This document shows, one piece after another, positions 37,502 to 48,732 of a DNA stretch of 64,000 nucleotides (position 1 is its first letter; the number at the start of each line of letters is the position of its first letter). Source of the DNA: Neophaeotheca triangularis (lineage: Eukaryota); the NCBI GenBank assembly GCA_054600435.1, contig BAAIJX010000014.1:62001-126000 (forward strand), written 5' to 3'. A model generated the notes under the pieces. The model saw only the letters and a list, made by a program, of their open reading frames with translations. It was not told the origin of the DNA and made no database searches. The position numbers were made by a program, and so were the translations under genes.

Positions 37502-38908
37502 CTACTCGGCCTCAGCAGGCACCTGGTACCCAGCCTCGGCCAACGCATCCTTGAATCCTTCAAGCGCCTTCTGGATATCCGTACGCTTTGGATCCGTAAC
37601 CGAAACACCCATATGCCCGAACCGCACATATTTGGCAGCAATTTCCTTGTGCAAGCCGCCGGCGAAAATGACACCCCTGGCGATGAGCTTGGGCAGGACG
37701 TCCGGCGGGGTCATGCCGTCGGGCAAGTAGATTGCGGACATGCCGTTGGCCTGGTTGGCAGGGTCGGAAGCGAGCTGCTTGAGCCCCATTGCGGCGATTT
37801 GTTTCTTGACTGCCTGGCTGTTTTCGCGGTGGATGCGGAAGCGGTCTTCGAGCGAGCCGGCGAGGATTTGCTTGAGGGCCGTGTTGAGAGCGTGGATGAG
37901 TTGGGGTGACGGGGTGGCGAAGTACGAGGGCTTGCCGGCTTCGTAGTTTTGCATAACGGGGATCCAGTTTTTCCAGCTGGCGAAGTAGGTTGCTGGCGGG
38001 GATTTGCGGTTTTTGAAGGATTCAATGGCTTTGCCCGAAGCCATAACGATGGAGAGGCCGGCCGGGCAGCCTATGGCTTTTTGGGAGGCGGTGATGACGC
38101 AGTCGAGGCCCCATTCGTCGAAACGCAGTTCTTCGCACCCGACGCTGCAGACGCCGTCGACGACTACGAGGGTCTGTGGGGAGACGCGCTTGACCATGGC
38201 AGTGAGGTCTTTGACTTCGCTGAGGACGCCCGTGGAGGTGTCGGTGTGGGTTACGGTTATGACTTTGTAGGACTTTTCTTTCAACGCCTTCTCGATCTCG
38301 GGGAGCTGAGGACGATCGCCAATGGGGGCTTTGAGCTGGGTTGCCTTGACGCCGTACGCCTCGAAGCAGTCTGCAAAGCTGTCGGCGAAGTAACCGGTGT
38401 GCAGGACGAGAGCGTTGTCACCAGGCTCTGTGAGGTTGGCGGCCACCTGATCCCATCCCAGAGTACCGGACCCGGAGATGATGAATGGCTGAGCGTCTGG
38501 GGAGCTGGAAATGAAGAGCTTCCGCAGCATGGTCAAAGTCTCGCCAAACAGCTTCACGAACGGGGCGGAGACGTGGCTCTCGCTGTAGTGCGACATGCTG
38601 TTGAGGACCTCATCGTCGAATTCGATGGGCCCCGGGATGAGGAGGGTCGGGTGGGGTGCTTGGCTGGACATGTTGGTCTTCTTCTCTTCTGCTTCAACGG
38701 GGTTCTGTTGCCTGTCCTTTTCCGCTTGATCGTCTTGCTGTTTCGTCTGAGTGCTAAAGTGTCGACGAGAGTTGGGTTGGATGGGGTTGTAGTCGACGTC
38801 GTCGCTGGGGCTGCTGTTGCGCTCGTGGGAGAAGGGAGTGTTGAGGGGGACTTGAGAGTTGTCGGTAAAGTGTCTGGAGATGAGGGAGAGACGGTCTTTG
38901 GGAGCCAT
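37502..38908 (-). CDS. AGX1: Alanine-glyoxylate aminotransferase (class V PLP enzyme) with N-terminal PTS2
   Basis: LLIPGPIE, GSGTLGWD, VTHTDTSTGV, VVDGVCS, TASQKAIG (PLP lysine), YFATP, RFGHMG; RLSLISRHF follows the first AUG. Confidence 0.93.
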   Translation of the reverse strand: MAPKDRLSLISRHFTDNSQVPLNTPFSHERNSSPSDDVDYNPIQPNSRRHFSTQTKQQDDQAEKDRQQNPVEAEEKKTNMSSQAPHPTLLIPGPIEFDDEVLNSMSHYSESHVSAPFVKLFGETLTMLRKLFISSSPDAQPFIISGSGTLGWDQVAANLTEPGDNALVLHTGYFADSFADCFEAYGVKATQLKAPIGDRPQLPEIEKALKEKSYKVITVTHTDTSTGVLSEVKDLTAMVKRVSPQTLVVVDGVCSVGCEELRFDEWGLDCVITASQKAIGCPAGLSIVMASGKAIESFKNRKSPPATYFASWKNWIPVMQNYEAGKPSYFATPSPQLIHALNTALKQILAGSLEDRFRIHRENSQAVKKQIAAMGLKQLASDPANQANGMSAIYLPDGMTPPDVLPKLIARGVIFAGGLHKEIAAKYVRFGHMGVSVTDPKRTDIQKALEGFKDALAEAGYQVPAEAE

Positions 38909-39375
38909 GGGGAGTCGACGTAGGTCTCCTACTTGTAGTAGAGCTGGCCGGAGTCGCAGCGGGGCACGAGGCGCGCGAGCGAGAAGGCGGGGCAAATGGG
39001 ACGCCAGCTTGACGGCGATGACGAAAACGATGGAGAGAGTGGACGGGAGCTGCGGTCAACAGGAGGTAACGTGAACTTCCATTAACTCTTCTTCACCTTC
39101 TTCCTGCTGCTTGCTCTTTTGGTCAGTAGTGGCGACTAACGTTAGCTGAACCCGAAAGAAGCTTGGAAAGTGGCATCTGTTTTCCTCTAACAATAATTCT
39201 CCCCCCAAAAGCGAAGTCGGGGGGAGCTTCTCCACAAGGGCCGTCGGCAGTTCTTCGTTGACGACAAGCAACGCCGGGAATAAATCAATCAATTAACAAA
39301 TTAATAAAAATAATACCAACTTGGAATTGTATTATACCTGATCTGTTTCATCAGAGTCCTTGCTACACCCACTCT

Positions 39376-41435
39376 CTATGCCAACAACAAGATCCCAGCA
39401 ACGAGAGCACTCCACGACCCAACCAACGAGCCACCAGTCCCGTCAGCCCCGCCCTCATAAGGTGCCGGCATTTGACTATGACTAGGGTTAGGAGAAACAG
39501 CACCATTCCCATCCCCAGCCGCCGAAGTCTGCCCAGGATACGCCGAAGCCGTCGCGCCCCCAGTGGCAGTCGCAACACCATCACCACCCACAGTAGCATT
39601 CCCCGGTAGCGGCAACGCCCCACCACCGTTCTCGAGAACAACATTCCTCACCCTCTCCCAAAAATCACAAACCCCGTAATCGCCCGTGATCAACGCGTTC
39701 GCAGAACTGGCGCCATCCTCCGCAATCACGCCCTGCGCGCTCGCGACAATGGAACCAGGGTCGTCCTCAAACGGTTCGTTGATGGCGTTGTTGAAAGGCT
39801 GCCAGTCACTGCCGGGCTCCCCGTTGGCGGCCATGTTGGTCCAGAAGCCGACGAATTCGGCGCTGAGAGCGCGTTCCGAGGCTGTGAAACTGCAGTTGCC
39901 GTTCGGTAGTGGTTGGTTCTCCGTGTTGCCGAAGATGTAGGGGATTTCCGCTGTGTGAGCTGCGCCGAGCAATGGGAGACCGTCGACGGAGATGCCTTCG
40001 AACCACGGGCAGGTGGGTTTTTGGCTCCATTGGTAGGAGTAGGCGATGCCATTGTTGGCGGCTGTCGCGCGCAGGGCGTTGTATGTTGGGCATATGAAGT
40101 TGGACTCTGTAATTACCCGGTCGAGGGCGCTGAAGGGCGGGAAGGCCGTGTTGTTGAAGCTTGAGACTGGGTAGCGGTCGAGGACCAAGGAAGCCGCGGG
40201 GCCGAATTGGGCTTGCATTCTGGCGGTGTAGATTTCTGGCGTGATAGATGTGGGAGATCCGGCCGACAGAAGGATCAGGAGAGTCCCTTCGTTGGAGTCT
40301 GGGAAGGCACTGATTAGTTTCGGGCTGGCTAATTGGTAGTGATGCACTCACTCCAGCCCATGATAAAAGGTACTTGAGCGCCCACGTCGTTCGGCTGGAC
40401 TGGAATGATATCGCCGTCGACAATGGCGCCCCAGCCGTCAAAGACGTATCCATTGTAAGAGGGCACGCCGGTTGGAGGTAGGGTAGCGTTGAGATCTGAC
40501 ACGTCGAGGGACCTCAAACATTCCGCCTACAGGCTGTCAGCATCGATAGTCCACCAGCTCAGACTTGACATAGACTCACATCACTACAACCAATGCTTTG
40601 GGCCCACGATGCGCCTTGAGCGTTTGCAGATTCGGCCAATGGGTAAATACCTCCAGCCCCGGACTGCGCAGCACCCCCACGGATAAGGGATGAGATCCCA
40701 GGCAGAGTACCAATGGCGTAAGCATCGCTTGCTCCAGCAGACTCGCCGAACAAAAGTACCTTGGACTACGAGCGCGTCAGTCGACCGTCTTCGTAATCGA
40801 TTTTATTCGTGAGACTTACAGGATCGCCACCAAAAGATTCGATATTACTGTGAACCCACTCAAGAGCGAGCAGCTGATCTTGAATTCCCATATTTCCTTG
40901 AATGCCCTCATCACTATACGCCAGAAATCCCAAGGGACCCAAGCGGTAAGCAACATTCACTACAATTGAGTCAGTGGCGAGATTACAGCCATCATAAGTT
41001 GGGTTGTTGATGCTGCCAGCGCTGTTGCCTCCCCCATGCAACCATACTTTGACAGGGAGGTCTTGAGCATCGGCTGGCACCCAAATGTTCAAGAAGAGGC
41101 TAGTTAGTTAATTAGTATCAGTATAGAGTTTTCGAGACCAGTATTTGTATCTACCAATCCTCGGAGGCGGCTGTATCTTCAATGAAGCCGCTGAATTGCG
41201 GACAGATTGCGCCTTGCTGGGTAGCGTCACCTCCCAACTCGCCTTCGTACGGCTGGGGCGGGGCGAAACGAAGGTCACCAATTGGGGGATCTGCGTAAGG
41301 TATGGCGTAATAGTAAGAAGCGTTAGAGGATTCACATTGCCCACCCTCGAGAAGGCTGCCGTTGAGAGTTACTTGCGCCGTGCTGAAGGCAGCGAAGAGT
41401 GCTGTTGAAGCCAGAGGCTTAAAAAGACTGCCCAT
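39376..41435 (-). CDS. Secreted type-B carboxylesterase, 5 exons, probable GPI anchor
   Basis: Signal-like MGSLFKPLASTALFAAFSTA; SEDCLFLN across an intron, WLHGGG, YRLGPLGF, GESAG, NEG, AAHTAEI; Ser/Thr/Gly linker and hydrophobic C-terminus. Confidence 0.88.
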
Positions 41436-42321
41436 GGCGTCGTTGAAAGACACTTGCTGTTGAAAATGGAACAGCCCGTCGCTGAGAAACTCATAGCATC
41501 GAGGTGCGACCTATATGTAGACGCCGCGTAGGCCTGCTGTCATGCTCCGCACATACTTACTGTAAGACGACGTAATTCGTGCTTTCAGCTCCTGCTTGGC
41601 TGCACATTGTGATATTCGGCGTCTACAAACAAACGCAGTGGTTTGACAGAGACCTGCTGGTAGATGCTAAGACTTTTGACGTGAGGGGTTGCAGGCTTCC
41701 AAGGTTGCAGCTGACGGGACACCCGGGACGGCCTTGGAAATACATGCTGGGCTCGATACGCCTCGCTTATTTGGACTCTGCGCTTGGTCCTGTTGGACCT
41801 CTGGTAACCGAGTGAATATAAGAGTACCGCAACAGGATGGCACCTGAACGAGCATGCTGCGATAGGCATTCCCAATATGCAACCTCTGGCTCAATGGTCT
41901 TCTGGTTGATGGTGGGGTTGCATCTCGCGTCAAGACTGCACGTCGTAGCAAAGACCCAGGCAAGCCAGGTCATCCCAAGGGCGATGCAGGTAGATTAAGT
42001 AATTTGTGCATTGTTCGCAGAGAGGCATCCTTGCATTCTGTTTGAAAAGATGTCGTAGTGTCGTGAAGCTTGACCGCCGCTCCGTCTTGAGGGACTATCC
42101 ATTTGACGGTCGTCGAATGCGTGGCCAGCCAAGCTCTAGCGCGAACGGTCATCAGCCAATGGCAGTAAGCACCTTGTTAGCGCGCTTTGCTTTATCTAAT
42201 CTAATCTATCTACCAATTCCAACGCGACATCGCGTCTCCTCCTCGAGGCATCGTTCCAACATCGTCTCGAGAACAACAACCCTATTACTCCAAGTCGAAA
42301 GCCAACTCCACACCGAAAACA

Positions 42322-43077
42322 ATGCTCTCGACCCTCCCAGCCTGGCCCAGCAGCAGCCCACCGCTTCCCCACCAACCCCTAGTCTCCTCGCCACTCTCCC
42401 CTCGTAGCGCGAACCCCCATGGCCGGAACCGCTTCACCATGACCTCGCACTCCTCGCCCTCGGACAAAACCACAACAAATGCACAACCCATTTTCCATTT
42501 CCAAAATCAGCAACCCAAAACACCGTTCTCTCAACGCCCGATCAAAAAACACTCCTCCAACCTCAACACCTCCGCGCTCAAAGACAAACGCCGCAACCTG
42601 TTCCTCCAGAACGTCAAAGCGCGGGGCGACGACAAGCGCTTCGAGAGCCGGGGCGTGGATATCATGCGTTTAGACTTCCTGCAGAGGCAAAAACAATGGG
42701 AGGCTGAGCAAGCGCGGCAGGCTCCTACGCTTAAGGCCGAGGATGTGGATGAAGAGGAAGATGAGGCTATGGGGGAGGATACGGATGAGTTGCCGAGTTT
42801 GAGTCAGATGTGGATTGGCAGTCAAAGGGAAGAGGATCGTGCGGAGGAGATTGCGAGGTTGGAGAGGGAGGAGCTGGATGCGTTGTTGGACTTGATGCCC
42901 CGGGCAAGGGAGGGACAGGGGGACGGGAATATGTGGAGCGATGATGTTGAGGATGAATACGACGGCGTGTTTGAGGAGTTGCTGAAAACGGATGAGGCAG
43001 GGCGAGCACAGGAAGGGGACGTTCAGCGGGATCAGCAGGGAGCGCGCGAGGGTGACGAGGCGATGGACATGTCGTGA
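42322..43077 (+). CDS. Hypothetical fungal protein (basic helical middle, acidic C-terminus)
   Basis: 251-aa ORF, acaATG context, SSPLSPR and KRRNLFLQNVKARGDDKRFESRG look like conserved blocks. Confidence 0.75.
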   Translation: MLSTLPAWPSSSPPLPHQPLVSSPLSPRSANPHGRNRFTMTSHSSPSDKTTTNAQPIFHFQNQQPKTPFSQRPIKKHSSNLNTSALKDKRRNLFLQNVKARGDDKRFESRGVDIMRLDFLQRQKQWEAEQARQAPTLKAEDVDEEEDEAMGEDTDELPSLSQMWIGSQREEDRAEEIARLEREELDALLDLMPRAREGQGDGNMWSDDVEDEYDGVFEELLKTDEAGRAQEGDVQRDQQGAREGDEAMDMS

Positions 43078-43426
43078 TGGCATTCTGGTCGGTCGCCTAT
43101 GGTTTGGGGCATTTGAATCTTTAGCGAGGCGTTGGTGGCTTTTTACCCTTTTAACAAAATTGGAACGTCAGATCAGCACGCACATTGGCGTGGATTAGTG
43201 TAGCTACATGGTGTCGGAGCTTCAGAGCATTTGCTCAGCACAGAGCATAGCGTGCCGCAGCACGAGGTCCCAATTTCCCCATCCATGCAAATCATGCCCT
43301 CATTTCATCGGTCTCAGCTAACTCATGAAAACCTCAGACTCGCCAAAACGCCACGCTAGTGAAGACGCAAACCCACAAGCAGAACCTTGATCCTCCCACC
43401 CCCTCCACTAAAAGCTCCCGTACCCA

Positions 43427-44029
43427 CTACGGCGCCTGATTATCCCTCACAACCTGTTTGACCTTCTTCTCATACGCCGCGCGATCCTTCTTGAACAAAT
43501 TGTACGCATCAGCTTGCGCAGGACTCTCCGGGTTGACCTCATCCAGCAGCGTCTGAATCCCCAGCAAGATCTCCTTGATGGTGATGGCGGGTTTCCAGCC
43601 CTCTTCCTCGTTCAGAATGGAGAGGCAGACGGTTCCGGAGGGGTAGACGTTTGGGTGGAAGAGCGGGGGCACGAATTTGCATTTGGGGGGTTTGGTGGGG
43701 TATTCTGCGCGGTGTGATGTTAGCTTCGTCTTTGTTCCGGTTTGCTGCAACGAAGAGTGAAGGCTGGAGCTCACCGTCAGGGAATTGGACGTCGAGCTTG
43801 AAGAGGCCACCAGCCCAGATTGTGTTGTCTTTTCCCGGAACTGAGCAGTCCCAGCGTTGCAGGTCGAGGCCGCCTTGGGCGTTTTTGATGGGGCGCGCGA
43901 CGAAGCCGAAGGGGTGGTCTTTGCGCCATTGCTTGCTGGGAGGGCGTTAGTGAGTGAATCCATGTGTGGTTGGAAAGAGGTACTCAGGGCTTACCGCTCC
44001 TCTTGAAGACGTGAGATAGTGAGCGACAT
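43427..44029 (-). CDS. UBC9: SUMO-conjugating enzyme E2, 3 exons
   Basis: [46 protein letters not shown]. Confidence 0.95.
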
Positions 44030-44545
44030 CTTTGGTGGTGTTGTTGTTGTAATTAGGTCGAAGCTTCAGAGTGGTAGTTGTATCTGACGTGGTTGTTTGG
44101 TCGCTTCAGAGGAAGTGGTACATCCGCTTTTGTGATTGTAAAAGAGTCGCGTGACCTCTATGGGGAGACAACAAGAACAAGTGAAAGGTCGAGAAGCTTC
44201 CTTATGAGTTGCGACAAAGCTACTTTTACCGCGAACAAGGCTGGCGGCGTCGAGGAAGAAGTCAACCTTGAACAAGTGATGAGGTGCAGTGTTGCCTGAG
44301 GTTTTTGCAAGAACGCCGACCGTGACCGGCTTTGGCTTCTAGACTGGTCCGTGCTATCGATTGGCATTAGGTAGACCTCGGTGACATGATAACACCACGT
44401 GGGTCTCGAGCTCGAGGTGTCGCGACTAGCCACAGGTATTCACAAGTTGGAAGTGCCATGAGAAAGGACTTCAAAAGAATCGCTCACCTTACAATCTTAC
44501 ATCACCTTTTCAGCATCAACGACTGTTGGACATATCGATCATAGT

Positions 44546-45635
44546 ATGGCAGAGCACCGCAAGGAAGAGGTGGAGACGGCGCCAGATCCCGATGAGGACG
44601 ACCTGGACGATCTTGACGGTGAGTAAGGCGAGCATAACAAGATGTCTATTTACATACTTAATCATCTCCTTTTCAGATGTACTGGACCAATTTCATCCTA
44701 AAACGGCCCCTAAACCGGAAGCCTCCACGACAGCAACAACCACAGCACCCACCGCTTCAGGACCAGGCAGACCCTCACAAGATGCTCCAGGTGGTCTACC
44801 AGGTGGTCCAGCGACAGCAGGGGGTGTGGACGACGCTGCCATGGCGGATATGCTGAAAGAGCTCGACTCAAACCCTGAGATGACGAAACAGCTGGAGGCC
44901 ATGCTCATGGAAATGATGCAAGGTCAAGGGCCACCCATGGACGGCGCAGCTGGCGTTCCGCCAAGCACTGCCGGCGCCGCAGCACAACCTGCGACTTCAG
45001 CGGCCCAAGGGAGCACCAAATCTAGCGCGTCAGCATCCGCAGCAGGCAAGGAAGAGAACTTCCAAGACACCATCCGAAAGACCATGGAACGGATGCAGGC
45101 CTCGGGTGAATCAGCCAGTGCAGCGGCTTCGAGCTCCGCCAATGCGCCTTCGGCCGAGGATGCCATGCTTGCCGAGATGATGAAGCAGCTGGGTGCTGGA
45201 GGCGAGGGCGGAGAGGGAGACTTTAATTCCATGCTCATGTCCATGATGACTCAGTTGACCAATAAAGAAATCCTTTACGAGCCTATGAAGGAGCTGCATG
45301 ATAAATTTCCTCGGTGGATGGATGAGAATAAGGATAAAGTTTCGCAGGAAGACAGGAAGAGATATGAGGAGCAGCAGAAGCTTGTTGGCGAGATTGTTGG
45401 GAAATTTGAACGGCCAGGGTATACGGATGAGAACGAGGCGGATAGGGAGTATATCGTTGAGAGAATGCAAAAGGTATGTTAAAACCTGGAAGCATTGGTT
45501 GATTGCAACAATAAGGCTGACTCTATGATTCAATAGATGCAAGCTGCAGGCTCACCACCTCCAGATCTTGTCGGCGATATGAATGCTGCGCAAGAGGCTC
45601 TCGAAGGCATGGACGCTGGATGCCCGACTCAATAG
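44546..45635 (+). CDS. PEX19: Peroxin 19, 3 exons (introns ~44619-44677, ~45474-45537)
   Basis: DEDDLDDLD|DVLDQF, LTNKEILYEPMKELHDKFP, MQK|MQAAGSPPPDL, terminal CaaX motif CPTQ. Confidence 0.93.
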
Positions 45636-45762
45636 TATGAATCGACGGCATTCTGTACAGGTTGGAGACACGGTTCGATACCCGCTAATGACGAGCGAGG
45701 AATACCTGCCCTCGAGCCTCCCAATCACGACATCCCCATGATTTCAGTCTGCACGACAAACC

Positions 45763-46215
45763 TCACATCGGCGCAATAAACGTACACTCACACTCATACC
45801 ACACCCCCTTCCCCGCCAAACTATCCACCCCAATCAACGTATCCGGCGGCGGTGGTCTCTCCCCTTCAGTAGCCCTCCACCACTTGACAAAGATCTCCCC
45901 CCTCTCGTTGAAGTCCTCCTCGCTCAAATCCATCATGCGAACTACATACTGCCGGTTCGAGACCATGTGCTCCTTCTTGACGCCCGCCGCTGCCATGCAC
46001 GTATCCACGTTCTGGAGCGCTTGATGCACTTGTGCGGCGAGAGTGGGAGCGTGGGTTACGTTGCCGGAAGCGTCGCGTTGTGCGCCTGTTTGCCCTGCGA
46101 AGGAAACTAGGCGTGTTGTGGAGGAGATGGGGACGCTGCTGATGTGAGAGTACGTGTGGGGTTGGGGGGACATGGAGGCCGGGCCGTAGATTTCGACGCT
46201 GGGGGTTGGGGCCAT
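45763..46215 (-). CDS. RidA/YjgF/YER057c family protein
   Basis: YSH..., VSFAGQTG, AQVHQALQNV, PPDTLIGVDSLA, YECEC. Confidence 0.82.
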   Translation of the reverse strand: MAPTPSVEIYGPASMSPQPHTYSHISSVPISSTTRLVSFAGQTGAQRDASGNVTHAPTLAAQVHQALQNVDTCMAAAGVKKEHMVSNRQYVVRMMDLSEEDFNERGEIFVKWWRATEGERPPPPDTLIGVDSLAGKGVWYECECTFIAPM

Positions 46216-47553
46216 GGTTGTGGGTGGGTGGGTGATTGTGATTGAGTGATTATGGCTAAGTATTGATGGCGTTCTGGCTTTCCGGCAAATCGCGACTACT
46301 GGGTAAGATATTCACCAAGGCAAGCATTAATAGGAGCCGGGGTGGCTGGAAATCTGCACGGTGAGCTCAGCCCTGGAGGCATTGCATCACCGGATGACGT
46401 CTGGTTTCCTTAGCCCTCCCGCCCGGCCTTCATACTCCCGTCGTGCCGAGACGGCAATTTTGACCTCACGTTCCCGAATAGGAAAGCGGACAAGAAGTTC
46501 ATCCAAAAGGAGCGTATGACCTCTCTCCAACAGGAAACGCTCCTACACAGATCAAATCTCACTTTACCAACGACTTTGGCTCACACTTTTGGCTTACGGC
46601 CTGCCTCCATCATGTAGAGTAGCTTACGCTCTTCAAGACTTCAATTGCCCCTGTTCTCCATGAGACCATGACACATACAGGCTGTGGATCTAAAGCATTA
46701 TAATTATTAGCTGCATGACTGGTTCCATTCATTACGCTGCGTTACCGAATCACCTTTTTGGCATCTCATGAAGGCCCCACTCGGCATGAAAATCTTTGAT
46801 CAATCTACTACCGCTTGACTGGTGAAGCGCTGCATGACTGGCGTCCGACATTGTGACAACACCTCGATCTAATCGGATCTTTTCACCACCTGCATTCCCA
46901 GCTCGTCGATCAACCCTGGAGACTTTGCTGGAAGGTACCAATACCACGGTTCGCCACAACACACGGTCTCGGGCCCCCCGTCCCATTGAGAAGTGCAGCG
47001 TAGTACGTGCAGAGCTGGAGCAGGCTTTCAGATTAACCAACCTCCTGGTATGTTGCTTGACCAACCGAAGTGTTTCGACAATTGCTCCGAGTCGGACAGC
47101 GTCACAGCGAAGTCCCATGCGGATCTAGCAAGCGAACAGTCTCTCACGCCTTTCCCATCCGGGAATGTGCAGCTTTGGGAAACTGTAAACAGCGCAAGGT
47201 CTCCATATATTCAAACGGTTTGGGTCGAGCTGATTTCCCCTTCGGGCGAGCGTTGGAAGTAGTTTGCGCTTTTGTCGAATCAAGACGTCGAGTCCATCTG
47301 AGATCGACCCTGCGAGGTTGCATCGTCGCACTGGATCTTCAAGGTTGGGACTTCGATATGGGTCTCATGATGCTCACTGGGTTTTTTGCGCAAGGCCGAC
47401 GCGTTGCTATTGCGATGCTGTGCAGCCTGTGCTGGGTATTAAGGTAGGTCGAATGCGCCCTCCTGCAATTGCGGTGGCAGCTATCGCGGTTTTCTATCCC
47501 TCCGTACCCGCTCTACTTTCTATCCAAGCCACCTCTTGCTATCACTGTTCAAT

Positions 47554-48732
47554 ATGTCACCTTACGAGAAGGAGAAAGAGCTTGATCTGGAAGCCCAGAC
47601 AGGTCCGGGTTTTTCGGAGGATCACGACAAACACGACAGTGACTCCGATGACAATGACGAAGAGGTCGGGCATAAATGCAAGCCGACTCTGCATGACCAT
47701 AAAGGCTCACTTGGTGATAAGATGCGGGCAAAGGAGAAGCAGAAGGAGAACAACAGGGAGATAGACAGGAAGAACATCAAAAAGTTCTACAAAAAACAAA
47801 AGAAGCAAGCCAAAAAACACTCCAAATCCTGGAAGAAGCACAAGCGAACCGAATTGGAGGTGTTTCAACGACTTGCCGGTATTCGATTCTTAGGGTTTGG
47901 AGGCGTTCCTCTGCCCGACCCTAAAAAGCCTGCCTCGAATGTCTGGGATGACATCTTCCGCCCTTCCAAGGCCTCCGAACAGCGTTTCCATAATCGTGGA
48001 CTCTACGATCGCGCTCATAGTTTGGACGTCAGAAACCGGGTCATGCACAGCCTGACACGATACATCTCTGCTGGCTTGTACGTCGTCCAGATTATCATTG
48101 CTGCTACCTTGACAGCGATCTCAAGTCGGGCTGGCCAGAATCCTGGATCAATCACAGCTCTGAGCGGCGTCAATACCGTGCTTGCGGGCGTTTTGGCATG
48201 GCTGACTGGACAAGGCTGGCCTGTACGTTTCAGGCGTGGCCGCGATCAGTACCGTGGAGTGGTCAAGGCAATCGAAGCTGCCGAGCGCACGTTCGCGGTG
48301 ATTGACTTTTGCGAATGGGAGGAGGGTAAGAGGCCAGACCCCGTCGCCGAGTTCCGCCGGCTGCAGAAGATGTTCGACGAAGCGTTTGACGATCAAGTCG
48401 CCAATTACCCCCAGGCGCAGAACGATGCCTCGGCTGGAAAGATGAAAGACAAGCAGGAAGGATTGCAGGCCAAGGTCGAGAAGAATAAGAAGGAGAAGCA
48501 ACAAGAGACGAATGCCTTGAAGGAAATACAGGCCAAATTGGATGAAGTGAGGTCGAAAGCACTGCCTCGGATCGTCGTGGGCGGTGGAGATGCAGCTGCG
48601 CCGGCCGCGGCTGGTGGTGATAGCAAACCGGCTGAGCCAACCGCTGGGGACCAGGCTGTCGATGGTGGAAATGGGGGAGGCGATGCAGAGGCGCCGGCTG
48701 CGAATGTTGGCAACAGTAAAGTACCTGAGTAA
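47554..48732 (+). CDS. Two-TM protein with a fungal SLATT-like domain, Lys-rich N-terminus and coiled-coil tail
   Basis: YVVQIIIAATLTAIS and ITALSGVNTVLAGVLAWLTGQGWPVR match the recalled fungal SLATT pattern (Q-x-x-x-x-A-x-LTA ... N-T-x-x-AG-x-L ... G-x-G-x-P-x-R). Confidence 0.7.
   Translation: MSPYEKEKELDLEAQTGPGFSEDHDKHDSDSDDNDEEVGHKCKPTLHDHKGSLGDKMRAKEKQKENNREIDRKNIKKFYKKQKKQAKKHSKSWKKHKRTELEVFQRLAGIRFLGFGGVPLPDPKKPASNVWDDIFRPSKASEQRFHNRGLYDRAHSLDVRNRVMHSLTRYISAGLYVVQIIIAATLTAISSRAGQNPGSITALSGVNTVLAGVLAWLTGQGWPVRFRRGRDQYRGVVKAIEAAERTFAVIDFCEWEEGKRPDPVAEFRRLQKMFDEAFDDQVANYPQAQNDASAGKMKDKQEGLQAKVEKNKKEKQQETNALKEIQAKLDEVRSKALPRIVVGGGDAAAPAAAGGDSKPAEPTAGDQAVDGGNGGGDAEAPAANVGNSKVPE

Noticed and set aside
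37949..38923. Long antisense ORFs over AGX1 and other GC-rich genes
   Set aside because: Expected shadow frames of biased codon usage.
37502..45635. Peroxisomal gene cluster (PTS2-AGX1 near PEX19)
   Set aside because: Only two genes, separated by unrelated ones; proximity is plausibly chance.
45672..45685. GGTTCGATACCC resembling a tRNA T-loop/B-box
   Set aside because: No A-box, acceptor stem or cloverleaf around it; it lies in the PEX19 3' region.
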